Positions 22,374 through 32,178 of a stretch of DNA of 64,000 nt are shown here, one piece after another. The stretch is taken from contig CAWEBF010000023.1 in the NCBI GenBank assembly GCA_963807235.1, positions 15,693 through 79,692 on the forward strand. The letters are read 5' to 3'. The position numbers and the translations under genes were made by a program. The notes beneath the pieces were generated by a model, which worked only from the letters and a program-made list of their open reading frames with translations, was not told the DNA's origin and made no database searches. The DNA comes from an uncultured Acidobacteriota bacterium. Lineage in GTDB: Bacteria > Acidobacteriota > Vicinamibacteria > Vicinamibacterales > UBA2999. The stretch's first letter is position 1. Each line of letters begins with the position of its first letter.

Positions 22374-23096
22374 CTACGCGAACCACCGTCGCCAGCCGCT
22401 CGATGAGCTCAGCTCACCAGTGGCTGGTTGCAGCGTCAGCACTTCCTTCCCGACAATCTTCGCGAACTCCTGATCGGCGGTGAGATACACCGCCGCCATG
22501 CGGCGCCGTGCCACCACGCCGGCGAGCGTGCGGGCGAACGGCGCGACATCGCTCCGCTCGACGTTCGCCGTCGGGTGCTCGGCCAGCAGGATCTCGGGAT
22601 CCAGCACCAGCACCTTTCCGAGACGCACGCGCGCCAGGTCGAGGGGCGCCAGGCCCTCAACGGACGCGGCCATCAGGTCGTTGGAGAGACCCAGCTCGCC
22701 GGCAATCCCGCGCACGGTGTCGCGCACCTCAGGCGGGATGGGGTCGACGGCCAGGGTCTGCGGGATCGCCAGGTTCTGCTCCACCGTCAGCTGATCCACG
22801 AGCACGGTCCGTTCGCTGAGCAGGGCGAAGCGCCGCAACGACTCCAGCCAGTCCTTGGTGTCGGCGATCTCCGATGTGGCGCGGCCGAACACGCGCACCA
22901 CGCCTTCATCGGGCAGGCTCGACCCCGTGAGGAGATTGACCAGCACTTCGGCGGCTGTCTTGTCGAAGCCGTGAAGCGCCACCGCCTGCCCGCGAGCTAC
23001 TCGCCAGTCCCGAAGGCGAAGGGGGCGCAGCGCGTTGTAGTGCTTGACCACACCGGCGACGTGGATCAGCACATCGTCGGGAGGCCCGGTTGTCAT
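22374..23096 (-). CDS. Degenerate ABC-type ATP-binding-domain protein
   Basis: ABC-fold landmarks (LTVEQNLA, LDPEILL..PT), but Walker A reads GFDKTAAE and Walker B reads LLAEH. Confidence 0.7.
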   Translation of the reverse strand: MTTGPPDDVLIHVAGVVKHYNALRPLRLRDWRVARGQAVALHGFDKTAAEVLVNLLTGSSLPDEGVVRVFGRATSEIADTKDWLESLRRFALLSERTVLVDQLTVEQNLAIPQTLAVDPIPPEVRDTVRGIAGELGLSNDLMAASVEGLAPLDLARVRLGKVLVLDPEILLAEHPTANVERSDVAPFARTLAGVVARRRMAAVYLTADQEFAKIVGKEVLTLQPATGELSSSSGWRRWFA

Positions 23097-23926
23097 TGTG
23101 GCCGGTGCCGGTTTCGGGCCGCGCGCAGCTGCTCCCACTCCCTCGGCGGGAGCGTGACCGTGCCGACTGTCAGCGGTGACGCCGGATCCGCGTGGAAATC
23201 GGTGCCGCCCGTCATCAACACGCCGAGGTCCCCGGCCATGGCCCGATAGCGCGACACCTCGCCGGCGTCGTGGTCCGAATGGAAGACTTCCAGCGCGTCC
23301 AAGCCGTCGGCCACCATTTGCGGAATCTCTTCGTCGATGCGTGTCCGGCCTGGATGGGCCAACGAGATCAGGCCTCCCGCGGCGTGAACGATCCCGATCA
23401 CGGTAGCCGGAGACGGGCCGTTGCGCTCGATGAAAGCCGGACGCCCCTCGGCGAGCCACGCATCGAACGCGGCCTGGACGGTCCTGGCATAGCCGGCGGC
23501 CACCATCGCACGCGCCACGTGTGGGCGCGCCAGCGACGTGCCCGTCGGCAGCCGGGCCACTGCGATCTGCGCCGCGAAATTGAGCGGCATCCGCAGCTCC
23601 GCCAGGCGCGCGACGATGGCCTCCACGCGCGCGATGCGCTCCTCTCGCTGCTCGGCCAGGAACGCCACCAGGCCGGGATAGCGGGGCTCGAAGAAGTAGG
23701 CCAGCATGTGGACGTCGCGGGAGTGCAGGACGGCCGTGATCTCGATGCCCGACACGGCCTCGATGCCGCGGGCGGCCGCAAACTGCTGCACGTCGGCCAC
23801 GGCCGCTGTGGTGTCGTGATCGGTGACCGACATGGCCGTCAGGCCCGCGGCGCCGGCAAGCTCCACGAGCTCGCTGGGCGTGGACCGGCCGTCCGACGCG
23901 ATGGTGTGAAGGTGGAGATCGATCAC
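23093..23926 (-). CDS. PHP-domain metal-dependent phosphoesterase (TrpH/YciV-like)
   Basis: DLHLHT..SDG, TDHDT, GIEI, LAHP and GGTDFH. Confidence 0.92.
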   Translation of the reverse strand: MIDLHLHTIASDGRSTPSELVELAGAAGLTAMSVTDHDTTAAVADVQQFAAARGIEAVSGIEITAVLHSRDVHMLAYFFEPRYPGLVAFLAEQREERIARVEAIVARLAELRMPLNFAAQIAVARLPTGTSLARPHVARAMVAAGYARTVQAAFDAWLAEGRPAFIERNGPSPATVIGIVHAAGGLISLAHPGRTRIDEEIPQMVADGLDALEVFHSDHDAGEVSRYRAMAGDLGVLMTGGTDFHADPASPLTVGTVTLPPREWEQLRAARNRHRPQ

Positions 23927-24901
23927 CGCGCGCCGGCGCGCGAGGTCGAGGCGGCGCGCCCGGCGCGACCGGCCTTGCCCTGGCGCTTGACGAGCGCACG
24001 GTATTCGCGCATCAACAGGTCGAGGTGCTCACGCTCCTCGTCGGCGAACTCCAGGAAGATCTGCTTGCCCTCGGACTCCTCGAACTGCTCGCCGTACTTC
24101 TTGAAGAAGCGGTGCGAGCCGCGCTCGCACTTGATGCCGATGAGCAACGCCTGCTGGTCGTCGCCGTGGACCAGCCGCTCGGTGCCCTCGGCGAAGATGC
24201 CGCTCGCCGCTCCCTTGAAGAAGAGGAACGTCGGGCGCGACTCCAGATGCGCGTCGCGCCGGATCAGCTCCTTGTAGCGCGACTCCAGCTTGCCCAGGTG
24301 TTCCTTCTCTTCCCCGGCCAGGTGCTCGAACACCACACGGGCGCGCGCGTCGCGGGTCACCTTCGCGGCGCGCGTATAGAATTCGAGGCCGCTGCGTTCG
24401 GTGGCGATGGCGATGCGCAGCGCGTCGCGCGCGAACACCAGAGTCGCTGTGGCCGTCGTCGGCCGATCGCCTTGCGGCCCTCCCGGCAGTCCTCGCAGGT
24501 CCCGTAGATCTGCACCACGCTCTTGGCGGCGAGAACGACCGTGCCGTGGCCACTTCCTCGATCAACAGCTCGACGTCGGAGCTCAGGAACTCGAAGGAGC
24601 GGTGGCAGGTCTGGCAGATCAGGTGGAAGTGCCGCGGCTGGCGGTACGAGTGCTCGAAGCGGGAGCGCCCTTCGCCGAAGTCCACTTTGCGGGCGATGCC
24701 CGCGTCCACCATCCACTGCAGCGTGCGGTAGACGGTGGCGCGGCTGACGCGATGGTCGTCCTTGCGGATGATGTCCACCAGATCGTCGGCGCTCAGGTGT
24801 CCTTCCTGGCGCAGGAACACGTTGACGATCTGCTCGCGTTTGCTGGAGCGCTTGCCGCCTTTCGGCTTCAGCCGGCTGAAATCAAGGGGCGTAGTGGACA
24901 C
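23923..24901 (-). CDS. Fur-family regulator probably fused to a rubrerythrin/ferritin-like di-iron domain (two indels near 24530 and 24450)
   Basis: Fur motifs: H.SA..L, SRATVYRTL, HFHLICQTC, YGTCEDC. The ferritin-like ORF 23923..24438 has E..EEKEH..E..EEREH. No stop codon separates the parts. Confidence 0.75.
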
Positions 24902-24926
24902 ACTCGTCGTGAACCCCTCTCGAGCC

Positions 24927-25280
24927 TTAATGACTGTGCCCGCCGCCGCCCTCGCCGTCCACACTGAAGGACGACCCGCATCCGCAGGTGGACGTCGCAT
25001 TGGGGTTGCGAATGGTGAAGCCGCCGCCCGTCACGGTGTCGACGAAGTCCACTTCGGCGCCCTTCAGGTAGCTGATGCTGACCGGATCCACGAACAGCCG
25101 CACGCCGTTGGACTCGTAGACCTGATCGCCGGCGCCGCCGGCCTCTTCGATCATCAGGCCGTACTGGAAGCCCGAGCAGCCGCCGCCCTGCACGAACACA
25201 CGCAGGCCGCTGCCGACCTTGCCTTCCTCGTTGAGCAGCTCGGAAATCTTCTCGGCTGCGTTGGGGGACACGTTGATCAT
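24927..25280 (-). CDS. erpA: A-type Fe-S carrier protein ErpA/IscA
   Basis: GGGCSGFQY and NPNATSTCGCGSSF. Confidence 0.93.
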   Translation of the reverse strand: MINVSPNAAEKISELLNEEGKVGSGLRVFVQGGGCSGFQYGLMIEEAGGAGDQVYESNGVRLFVDPVSISYLKGAEVDFVDTVTGGGFTIRNPNATSTCGCGSSFSVDGEGGGGHSH

Positions 25281-25350
25281 TGCTCTCCGCTCCTAGTCAA
25301 ACTGCTCGAATACCGTTCAATTATACGCCGACAGTCCGTTGGGGGCCCGT

Positions 25351-25376
25351 AGCCTGGAGCCTGGAGCCCGGAGCCT
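25351..25376. repeat. Heptamer tandem repeat (AGCCTGG)x3.7
   Basis: agcctgg agcctgg agcccgg agcct, directly downstream of the fumarase gene. Confidence 0.85.
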
Positions 25377-25381
25377 CTGTT

Positions 25382-26902
25382 TCAGGCCCCGATCGACGCC
25401 AGCTCGGCGGCCGAGGCCTTTTCCACGTCGGCGTGCAGGCTGCGGCCGTGGGCGTCCATGGTGACGATTGCGGGAAAGTCCTGCAGTTCCAGGTGCCACA
25501 TGGCCTCGGGCGTCCCAAACTCCATCAGCGACACCCCGTGGACCTTCGTGATGGCCCGGGCGTAGAACTGAGCAGCGCCCCCGATGGCGTTGAGGTACAC
25601 CGCTCCCGCGTCCTTCAGCCCGGCAAGCGTTTTGGCGCCCATGCCGCCCTTGCCCATGACAGCGCGGACGCCGTAACGCTTGATGATGTCCGCCTGGTAG
25701 GGCTCCTCGCGAATGCTGGTCGTGGGTCCGGCGGCAGTCACGCGCCAGCCCTCGCCGTCCTTGGCCACCACGGGCCCGCAGTGATAGATGACGCCGCCGC
25801 GCAGGTCCACGGGGGGCTCGTGCGACATCAGGTGATGGTGCACGGCATCCCGCCCGGTGTACGCGCGTCCGGACAGCAGGACGACGTCGCCGACGCGCAG
25901 CGAGCGCACCTGCTCCTCGGTCAGCGGCGTGCGCAGCGCCACCTCGCGGCCCGTTCTCTGGAATCCCGCCTGGTCGGCCAGCGGGATGACGGGCGTGGAC
26001 GGATCACGATACAGCCAGCGCGTGATCTCGCCCGATTGTGCGTCGAGCACCACGCCCAGCCGCCGATACGCCCAGCAGTCATAGGCTACCGACACGAAGA
26101 AGCTGGCGGGCAGGCGATTCAGCGCGCCCACCTTGCAGCCGATGAGCGAGACCCGCCCGCCGAACCCCATGGTGCCCACGCCCAGGTTGTTCACGGTTCC
26201 CATGATCGACGCTTCCAGCTCGGCCAGCCGCGAGTCGGGGTTCACGTCGTCGAGGGTGCGGAACAGCTGCTCCTTCGCGTGGACGTAGCCGGATGTGCGA
26301 TCGCCTCCGATGCAGACGCCGAGCGCGCCTGGCGCGCATCCCTTGCCCTGTGCGTGCCACACGGCGTGGAGGATGCACTTGCGGACGCCTTCGATCGACC
26401 GGTCGGCGCGGCCCAGGTGGGCGAGCTCCGCCGGCAGCGAGGACCGCGAGTTCATGTTCTCGCAGCCGCCGCCTTTCAGAATGAGCTTCACCTCGATCTC
26501 GCGGTCGTTCTCCCACTGCTCGAAGTGCATGATGGGCGTGCCCGGGCCCAGGTTGTCGCCGCTGTTCTCGCCGGTCAACGAATCCACGGAGTTGGACCGC
26601 AGCTTGCCGCGCCGGGTGGCCTCGGCAATGGCCGCGCGGATCTCCTTCTTCATCGCGATCTGGTTGGCGCCCACGGGGGCCTTGACCTCAAAGGTGGGCA
26701 TCCCCGTGTCCTGGCAGATGGCGCCCTCGCCTTGCGCGGCCTGGTCGATGTTCTGCGCGATGATGGCCAGCGCCTGCGCGGAACGGGTGCCGGGTTCCTC
26801 CTGTTTCATGGCCGCTTTCATGGCGGCGCGCACGTCCGGGGGCAGGTCCGTGGACGTGCGGACGACCAGCGACAGGACGCTCTCGAAGAAGGCGGACGGC
26901 AT
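25382..26902 (-). CDS. Class I [4Fe-4S] fumarate hydratase (fused alpha/beta)
   Basis: ICQDTG, KGGGCEN, GRDA.H, AGPTTS.R and MGKGG motifs. Confidence 0.92.
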   Translation of the reverse strand: MPSAFFESVLSLVVRTSTDLPPDVRAAMKAAMKQEEPGTRSAQALAIIAQNIDQAAQGEGAICQDTGMPTFEVKAPVGANQIAMKKEIRAAIAEATRRGKLRSNSVDSLTGENSGDNLGPGTPIMHFEQWENDREIEVKLILKGGGCENMNSRSSLPAELAHLGRADRSIEGVRKCILHAVWHAQGKGCAPGALGVCIGGDRTSGYVHAKEQLFRTLDDVNPDSRLAELEASIMGTVNNLGVGTMGFGGRVSLIGCKVGALNRLPASFFVSVAYDCWAYRRLGVVLDAQSGEITRWLYRDPSTPVIPLADQAGFQRTGREVALRTPLTEEQVRSLRVGDVVLLSGRAYTGRDAVHHHLMSHEPPVDLRGGVIYHCGPVVAKDGEGWRVTAAGPTTSIREEPYQADIIKRYGVRAVMGKGGMGAKTLAGLKDAGAVYLNAIGGAAQFYARAITKVHGVSLMEFGTPEAMWHLELQDFPAIVTMDAHGRSLHADVEKASAAELASIGA

Positions 26903-26924
26903 GTGGTCAGTATAATTTGATCGG

Positions 26925-27623
26925 ATGAGCCGCCTGGCCGCTGCCCTCGTACTGGCCCTGTTCTCGTGCGCCGAAGGCGCGCGCGCGCAGACGTCCGCCA
27001 ACCAGGAGCACCGGCGGCTGTTTCCGCCAGAGAACCTCGGCCTGCTCGAGGGCCCGGACCGCGCGATCTGGCAGAAGCCGGATCAGATCATGGACGCGCT
27101 GAGCATCGCCGATGGCGCCAAGGTCGCCGACATCGGTGCGGGCGCGGGCTGGTTCACCATGCGGCTGGCGCGCCGAGTCGGACCAAACGGCGTCGTGTAT
27201 TCCACCGACGTGCAGCGCGAGATGCTGGACGTGATTCGCCGCCGCGTCGCGCGCGAGGGTCTGCAGAACGTGCGGCTGCTGCAAGGCGACGACAGCTCGC
27301 TTGGCTTGCCGGTCAAGGGAGAGCTGGACGCCGTGCTCGTCGTGGACGTCTATCCGGAGGTCAAGGATCGCGTGACCTTCCTCCGCAATCTCGCCACGGC
27401 GCTCGCGGCCGACGGGCGGATCGGCATCGTGAACTACAAGCTGGGCGGCGGTGGTCCTGGACCGTCGCCCTCCGAGGGCCCGCGCGTGGCGCAAGCCACC
27501 GTGGAGACCGACGCGCGCGCCGCCGGACTGCGCGTCAAGGGCAGCGCAAACCTGCCCTACCAGTACTTGCTGATCCTGGGCAGGGAAACAGCGGCTGCTG
27601 GGACCCGCTCCGCGGGGCGGTAG
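26925..27623 (+). CDS. Class I SAM-dependent methyltransferase with signal-peptide-like N-terminus
   Basis: VADIGAGAGWF motif I; WQKPDQIMDAL. Confidence 0.88.
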   Translation: MSRLAAALVLALFSCAEGARAQTSANQEHRRLFPPENLGLLEGPDRAIWQKPDQIMDALSIADGAKVADIGAGAGWFTMRLARRVGPNGVVYSTDVQREMLDVIRRRVAREGLQNVRLLQGDDSSLGLPVKGELDAVLVVDVYPEVKDRVTFLRNLATALAADGRIGIVNYKLGGGGPGPSPSEGPRVAQATVETDARAAGLRVKGSANLPYQYLLILGRETAAAGTRSAGR

Positions 27624-27659
27624 ACAGTGTCTGTTTGGCCCCGCTTCGCGGGGCGGTAG
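27604..27659. repeat. Pair of REP-like palindromic direct repeats
   Basis: CCCGCTCCGCGGGGCGGTAG (27604-27623) and CCCGCTTCGCGGGGCGGTAG (27640-27659). Confidence 0.75.
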
Positions 27660-27663
27660 TAAT

Positions 27664-28299
27664 ATGCCCGACATGCACGCGCACACGCCGGGCACGCTGT
27701 TCCAGGTCCTCGCACCGCGGACGCGGGCCGACAGAACGCCGCTGCCGGTGCAGGCCGCCTCGGTCGCTTTCATCGCCGTGCTCACGGCAGCGGCGGCGCA
27801 GTTCAGCGTCCACCTGCCGTTCACGCAGGTGCCGATCACTTTCCAGCCGATGGTGGTGCTGCTGGGCGGGCTGGTGCTGGGCTCGCGCCTGGGGGCCTAC
27901 AGCCAGTGCGTGTACCTCGCGGCGGGCATCGCCGGCCTGCCGGTGTTCGCGGCCTCGGCCACGTTGCCGCCCGGAATCTTCCGGCTGCTCGGCCCGACCG
28001 GCGGGTACCTGATGGCGTACCCCCTTGCGGCCTTCGTCGTCGGGTTGTGCGCCGAACGCGGATTCGATCGGCGCTGGGCGACGTCGGTGGTGGCGATGCT
28101 GACCGGGCTGGCTGTCATCTATCTGGGCGGCACACTCTGGCTCGCCTACTTCGCCCGGCTGGGTGGAGCCTCAGCGGCAACGGGGCTGGCGGTGGCGGTC
28201 GCCACCGGCGTGGCGCCGTTCGCGGTGGCCGACATCCTCAAGGCCGCCGTTGCCGCGGGCGTGGCGCCAGGGCTGTGGCGACTGTTCCAGTCGCGCTGA
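27664..28299 (+). CDS. bioY: Biotin transporter BioY
   Basis: VPITFQP, GLPVFA, GPTGGYL..Y and PF...D.LK motifs. Confidence 0.92.
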   Translation: MPDMHAHTPGTLFQVLAPRTRADRTPLPVQAASVAFIAVLTAAAAQFSVHLPFTQVPITFQPMVVLLGGLVLGSRLGAYSQCVYLAAGIAGLPVFAASATLPPGIFRLLGPTGGYLMAYPLAAFVVGLCAERGFDRRWATSVVAMLTGLAVIYLGGTLWLAYFARLGGASAATGLAVAVATGVAPFAVADILKAAVAAGVAPGLWRLFQSR

Positions 28300-29078
28300 C
28301 GATCGCGGGCAGCGACTCGGGCGCCGGCGCCGGCATCCAAGCCGACCTCAAGACGTTCGCGGCACACGGCGTCTACGGCGTGTGCGCCATCACCGCCATC
28401 ACCGCGCAGAACACCCTCGGCGTCTCGGCTGTGGAAGTGGTGTCGGGGGACGTCGTGCGGGCGCAAATCCAGGCGGTGATGGCCGACTTTGCCGTGCGGG
28501 CGGCCAAGACCGGGATGCTGGCCACGGCCGATCTGGTGCGCCTGGTGGCCACAGCCGTGCGCGACCTGCGCGTGCCCAACCTGGTGGTCGATCCCGTGAT
28601 GATCGCCAAGAGCGGCGACACGCTGTTGGCAGACGATGCCGTCGAATCCATGAGGACGGCACTGTTGCCGCTCGCAGCGGTGGTGACCCCCAACCTTCCC
28701 GAGGCCGAGGCGCTGGCGGGCATGGCGATCCGCTCGGAGGGCGACGTCGAGGAGGCCGCACGACGCATCGCGGCGCTGGGACCGGGGGCTGTCGTGGTGA
28801 AAGGCGGGCATGCGGATGCCCCAGACATCGTGGATGTGCTGTTCGATGGGGTGAGCGTGCGTCGCTTCCCACAGCCGCGCGTCCCCGGATCCGCGACCCA
28901 CGGCACCGGCTGCACGTTTGCGGCGGCCATCGCCGCGCACCTGGCCCACGGGCGTTCGCTGGCGGACGCGGTGCCCGTCGCGCAGCGCTACGTGGCGGGC
29001 GCTATCGCCGCCGCGCCGGGGCTCGGCCAGGGACACGGGCCGATGGACCACTTCTGGCAGCTGCGCCGCGATAGTTAG
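28275..29078 (+). CDS. thiD: Hydroxymethylpyrimidine/phosphomethylpyrimidine kinase
   Basis: [34 protein letters not shown] and HGTGCT. Confidence 0.95.
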   Translation: MATVPVALTIAGSDSGAGAGIQADLKTFAAHGVYGVCAITAITAQNTLGVSAVEVVSGDVVRAQIQAVMADFAVRAAKTGMLATADLVRLVATAVRDLRVPNLVVDPVMIAKSGDTLLADDAVESMRTALLPLAAVVTPNLPEAEALAGMAIRSEGDVEEAARRIAALGPGAVVVKGGHADAPDIVDVLFDGVSVRRFPQPRVPGSATHGTGCTFAAAIAAHLAHGRSLADAVPVAQRYVAGAIAAAPGLGQGHGPMDHFWQLRRDS

Positions 29079-29110
29079 CGGGGCTGGCGCGCCCTTTATA
29101 CTTGAAGGGC

Positions 29111-29593
29111 ATGCCGACACCTCTCGTGGCGGTCACCCCGAACCGGCTGGACCTCGAGGGTTTGACGGCCGTGGTGGCGAGTGCGTCCGGAGCGGACGGG
29201 GCCGTGGCGTCGTTTGCCGGCCTGGTGCGGCAGCAGAACGTGGGCCGGCACGTGGCGTACCTGGAGTACGAGGCGTACGAGCCGCTGGCCGTGCGGGCGC
29301 TCCAGCGCATCGTGGACGAGGCGGTGTCGGCCTGGCCGGGGGCCCGCGTGGGCGTGCACCACCGGATTGGCAGGCTGGAACTGGGCGAGGCAAGCATCGT
29401 GATCGTGGCGGCGTCGGCACACCGTGCAGATGCGTTCGCGGCCTGTCGATACACGATCGAGCGCGTGAAGCAGATCGTGCCCATCTGGAAGCACGAGCAC
29501 TTCGACGGGGGCGACGTGTGGCTGGAAGGTGCGACGGCCGACCCCGACGACGAGGCGGCGCGCCAGACGGCGTACCGCATCGCATGCGCGTAA
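29111..29593 (+). CDS. moaE: Molybdopterin synthase catalytic subunit
   Basis: GAV..F.G.VR, LEYEAY, HRIGRL..GE, SAHR..AF and PIWKHE. Confidence 0.95.
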   Translation: MPTPLVAVTPNRLDLEGLTAVVASASGADGAVASFAGLVRQQNVGRHVAYLEYEAYEPLAVRALQRIVDEAVSAWPGARVGVHHRIGRLELGEASIVIVAASAHRADAFAACRYTIERVKQIVPIWKHEHFDGGDVWLEGATADPDDEAARQTAYRIACA

Positions 29594-29829
29594 CGGTTCG
29601 TCTCTTTGCCCGGCTGCGCGACCTGGCCGGCACCGGCGAGCTGGTGCGGGAGGTGCCGTCCGCGTCCACGATAGACGGCGTGTGGCGGAACCTCGTGGCG
29701 GAAATGCCGGCGCTCGGTGAGTACGAGCGCACGATGTCGGTGGCGCTCAACGCCGACTACTCGCGGATGTCGGCAACGGTGAAGGATGGAGACGAGGTGG
29801 CGTTCCTGCCTCCTGTCTCCGGCGGATGA
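29584..29829 (+). CDS. moaD: Molybdopterin synthase sulfur-carrier subunit
   Basis: VRLFARLRD...DEVAFLPPVSGG C-terminus. Confidence 0.95.
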   Translation: MRVTVRLFARLRDLAGTGELVREVPSASTIDGVWRNLVAEMPALGEYERTMSVALNADYSRMSATVKDGDEVAFLPPVSGG

Positions 29830-29870
29830 CAGTGGGGTCGGGCCTAAATCAGGTCAGGTGACATTTCAGT

Positions 29871-30944
29871 ATGTTCGATAAGCTGGCCACGGTCGAATCG
29901 CGCTACGACGAGCTGATGACCAAGATCGGCACGGCCGAAGTGCAGGCCGACCCCGCCGAATACACCAAGTCGGCCAAGGCGCTCGCCGAGCTGGAACCGC
30001 TGATCCAGAAGTACCGCGAGTTCAAGGCACTCGACGCCAACATCGCCGGGGCCGCCGAGCTGGCCAAGGGCGGCGACGCCGAGATGCGCCAGCTGGCCGA
30101 AGAGGAGCTGACCACGCTGCACGCCCGGCGCGAGCCGCTGCTGCAGGAGCTGCGGACGCTGCTCATCCCGAAGGATCCCAACGACGAGAAGAACGTGATC
30201 CTGGAGATTCGTGCCGGGACCGGCGGCGACGAAGCCGCGCTCTTCGCCGCGGAACTGTTCCGGATGTACAGCCGGTTCGCGGAGCGCAGCCGGTGGCGGC
30301 TGGAGGTGCTGTCGTCGAGCGACAGTCCGGCCGGCGGGTTGAAGGAAGTGATCGCCACGGTTGAAGGCCGCGGCGTCTACAGCCGGCTCAAATACGAGAG
30401 CGGCGTTCACCGCGTGCAACGTGTGCCGGCTACCGAGGCAAGCGGGCGCATTCACACGTCCACGGCGACGGTGGCCGTGCTGCCGGAAGCCGAGGACGTG
30501 GACATCCAGATCCACGAGAAGGATCTGCGCATCGACACCTTCTGTTCGAGCGGCCCCGGCGGGCAAAGCGTGAACACCACCTACTCCGCCGTGCGTTTGA
30601 CCCACATCCCCACGGGCCTCGTGGTGTCGCAGCAGGACGAAAAGTCCCAGATCAAGAACCGCGCGAAGGCGATGAAGGTGCTGCGGGCGCGTCTCTACGA
30701 GATCGAGATGCAGAAGCAGCAGGACGCCATCGCCAAGGAACGGCGGGGATACGTGGGCACCGGCGATCGATCCGAGAAGATCCGCACCTACAATTTTCCG
30801 CAGAGCCGCATCACCGACCACCGCATCAACTTCACGACCCACCAGCTGCATGCGGTGCTGGAGGGCGACATCACGGAGCTGCTCGATCAGGTGACGGCGT
30901 TCTACAACGCCGAGAAGCTGAAGCAGGTCACGCAGGTCGCCTGA
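29871..30944 (+). CDS. prfA: Peptide chain release factor 1
   Basis: GGQ motif, PAT anticodon tripeptide (VQRVPATE) and [11 protein letters not shown]. Confidence 0.97.
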   Translation: MFDKLATVESRYDELMTKIGTAEVQADPAEYTKSAKALAELEPLIQKYREFKALDANIAGAAELAKGGDAEMRQLAEEELTTLHARREPLLQELRTLLIPKDPNDEKNVILEIRAGTGGDEAALFAAELFRMYSRFAERSRWRLEVLSSSDSPAGGLKEVIATVEGRGVYSRLKYESGVHRVQRVPATEASGRIHTSTATVAVLPEAEDVDIQIHEKDLRIDTFCSSGPGGQSVNTTYSAVRLTHIPTGLVVSQQDEKSQIKNRAKAMKVLRARLYEIEMQKQQDAIAKERRGYVGTGDRSEKIRTYNFPQSRITDHRINFTTHQLHAVLEGDITELLDQVTAFYNAEKLKQVTQVA

Positions 30945-31801
30945 GTGCAGCAGGCCACCTCGCTCGGCGACGTGCTGGCCGGCGCGCGGACGCTGCTGGA
31001 AGCCGCAGGGATACCGCCGACGAGGCGGCCGTGGACGTGGATCTGTATGCGCGCCGCATCCTCGGATGGGATCGCGCGCGCGTGCTGACGAGCCGGACCG
31101 AGCCTGCGCCGGCCGCGCTCGAGCCCACGTTCTCGGCCTGGGTCGCGCGGCGCGTGCAGCGCGAGCCCTCGGCTTACATCATCGGGCACCGCGAGTTCTA
31201 CGGGCGAGACTTCGACGTCTCTCCCGCCGTGCTGATTCCCCGTCCGGAAACGGAGCACATCGTCGACGCCGCGCTGCCGCTGCTGGCCGCGCGGCCGGGG
31301 GCGCTGGTCGCCGACCTGGGCACCGGTTCGGGCAATATCGCCGTCACGCTGGCGTGCGAGTCCTCGTGCCTGGTGCTGGCCACCGACGTATCGGCGGAGG
31401 CGCTCGACGTGGCCCGGCTCAACGCCGCCCGCCACGGCGTCGGCGACCGCGTGTCGTTCGTGCACACGTCATATCTGGACGGTGTCGAGAACACGTTCGA
31501 CGTCATCGCGGCCAACCCCCCCTATGTGCGTGACAGAGATCGCGCCGGCCTGTCGCCGTCGGTGCGGCGCGAGCCGGCCGTGGCGCTCTTCGGGGGCGAA
31601 GACGGCATGCGCGGCATCGAGAGCGTGCTCGACGCCACGTTGGCGCGCCTGCGGCGGCAGGGCTGGCTGCTGATGGAGTTCGGCTTCGGCCAGGAAGACG
31701 ACGTGCGCGCGGCCGTGGCCCGCCGGCCCGAACTGCGTTTCGATCGCGTGATCGCGGACTTGCAGGGGCTGCCGAGAACGGTCGTCGTGCAGCGGCAGTA
31801 G
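30945..31801 (+). CDS. prmC: Release factor glutamine methyltransferase (frameshift near 31020)
   Basis: LIPRPETE, DLGTGSG and NPPY; follows prfA. Confidence 0.93.
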
Positions 31802-31819
31802 CGAGACTGGAGACTTCGG

Positions 31820-32164
31820 ATGCTCGACTGCCTTTTCTGCAAGATTGTCGCGGGCAAGATTCCATCCTCCGTGGTCTACCAGGACGATGAGCTCTTCGTC
31901 TTCCGCGACATCAACCCACAGGCGCCGTTTCACGCGCTCGTGGTGCCGAAGCGCCACATCGCGACGCTGAACGACATCACGGCGGACGATCACGATCTGG
32001 TGGGCGCCATGGTTCGTCGGGCCGCGGCGCTGGCCGGCGAGAACGGCTATGCCGCGCGCGGGTATCGGACGGTCTTCAACTGCAACGCCGACGCTGGACA
32101 GAGCGTCTTCCACCTGCACTTGCACGTGCTGGCCGGGCGTGGGCTCGCCTGGCCGCCTGGGTGA
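31820..32164 (+). CDS. hinT: Histidine triad nucleotide-binding protein
   Basis: CLFCKI and GQSVFHLHLHVL.GR..WPPG. Confidence 0.93.
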   Translation: MLDCLFCKIVAGKIPSSVVYQDDELFVFRDINPQAPFHALVVPKRHIATLNDITADDHDLVGAMVRRAAALAGENGYAARGYRTVFNCNADAGQSVFHLHLHVLAGRGLAWPPG

Positions 32165-32178
32165 CCTGGAGGACTTCA

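Noticed and set aside
25280..26920. Long antisense/alternative-frame ORFs (e.g. 25280..26920+, 39630..41930-, 49406..51571+, 54144..56699-) as overlapping genes
   Set aside because: These are shadow ORFs expected at high GC opposite well-supported genes; they are Arg/Ala/Gly-rich and show no motifs.
27624..28275. TPP riboswitch or BirA operator controlling bioY-thiD, and a T-box upstream of ileS
   Set aside because: No TPP hallmark (CTGAGA...CCTGA) or BirA-type palindrome was seen, and the intergenic spaces (about 40-50 bp) are too short for these RNA elements.
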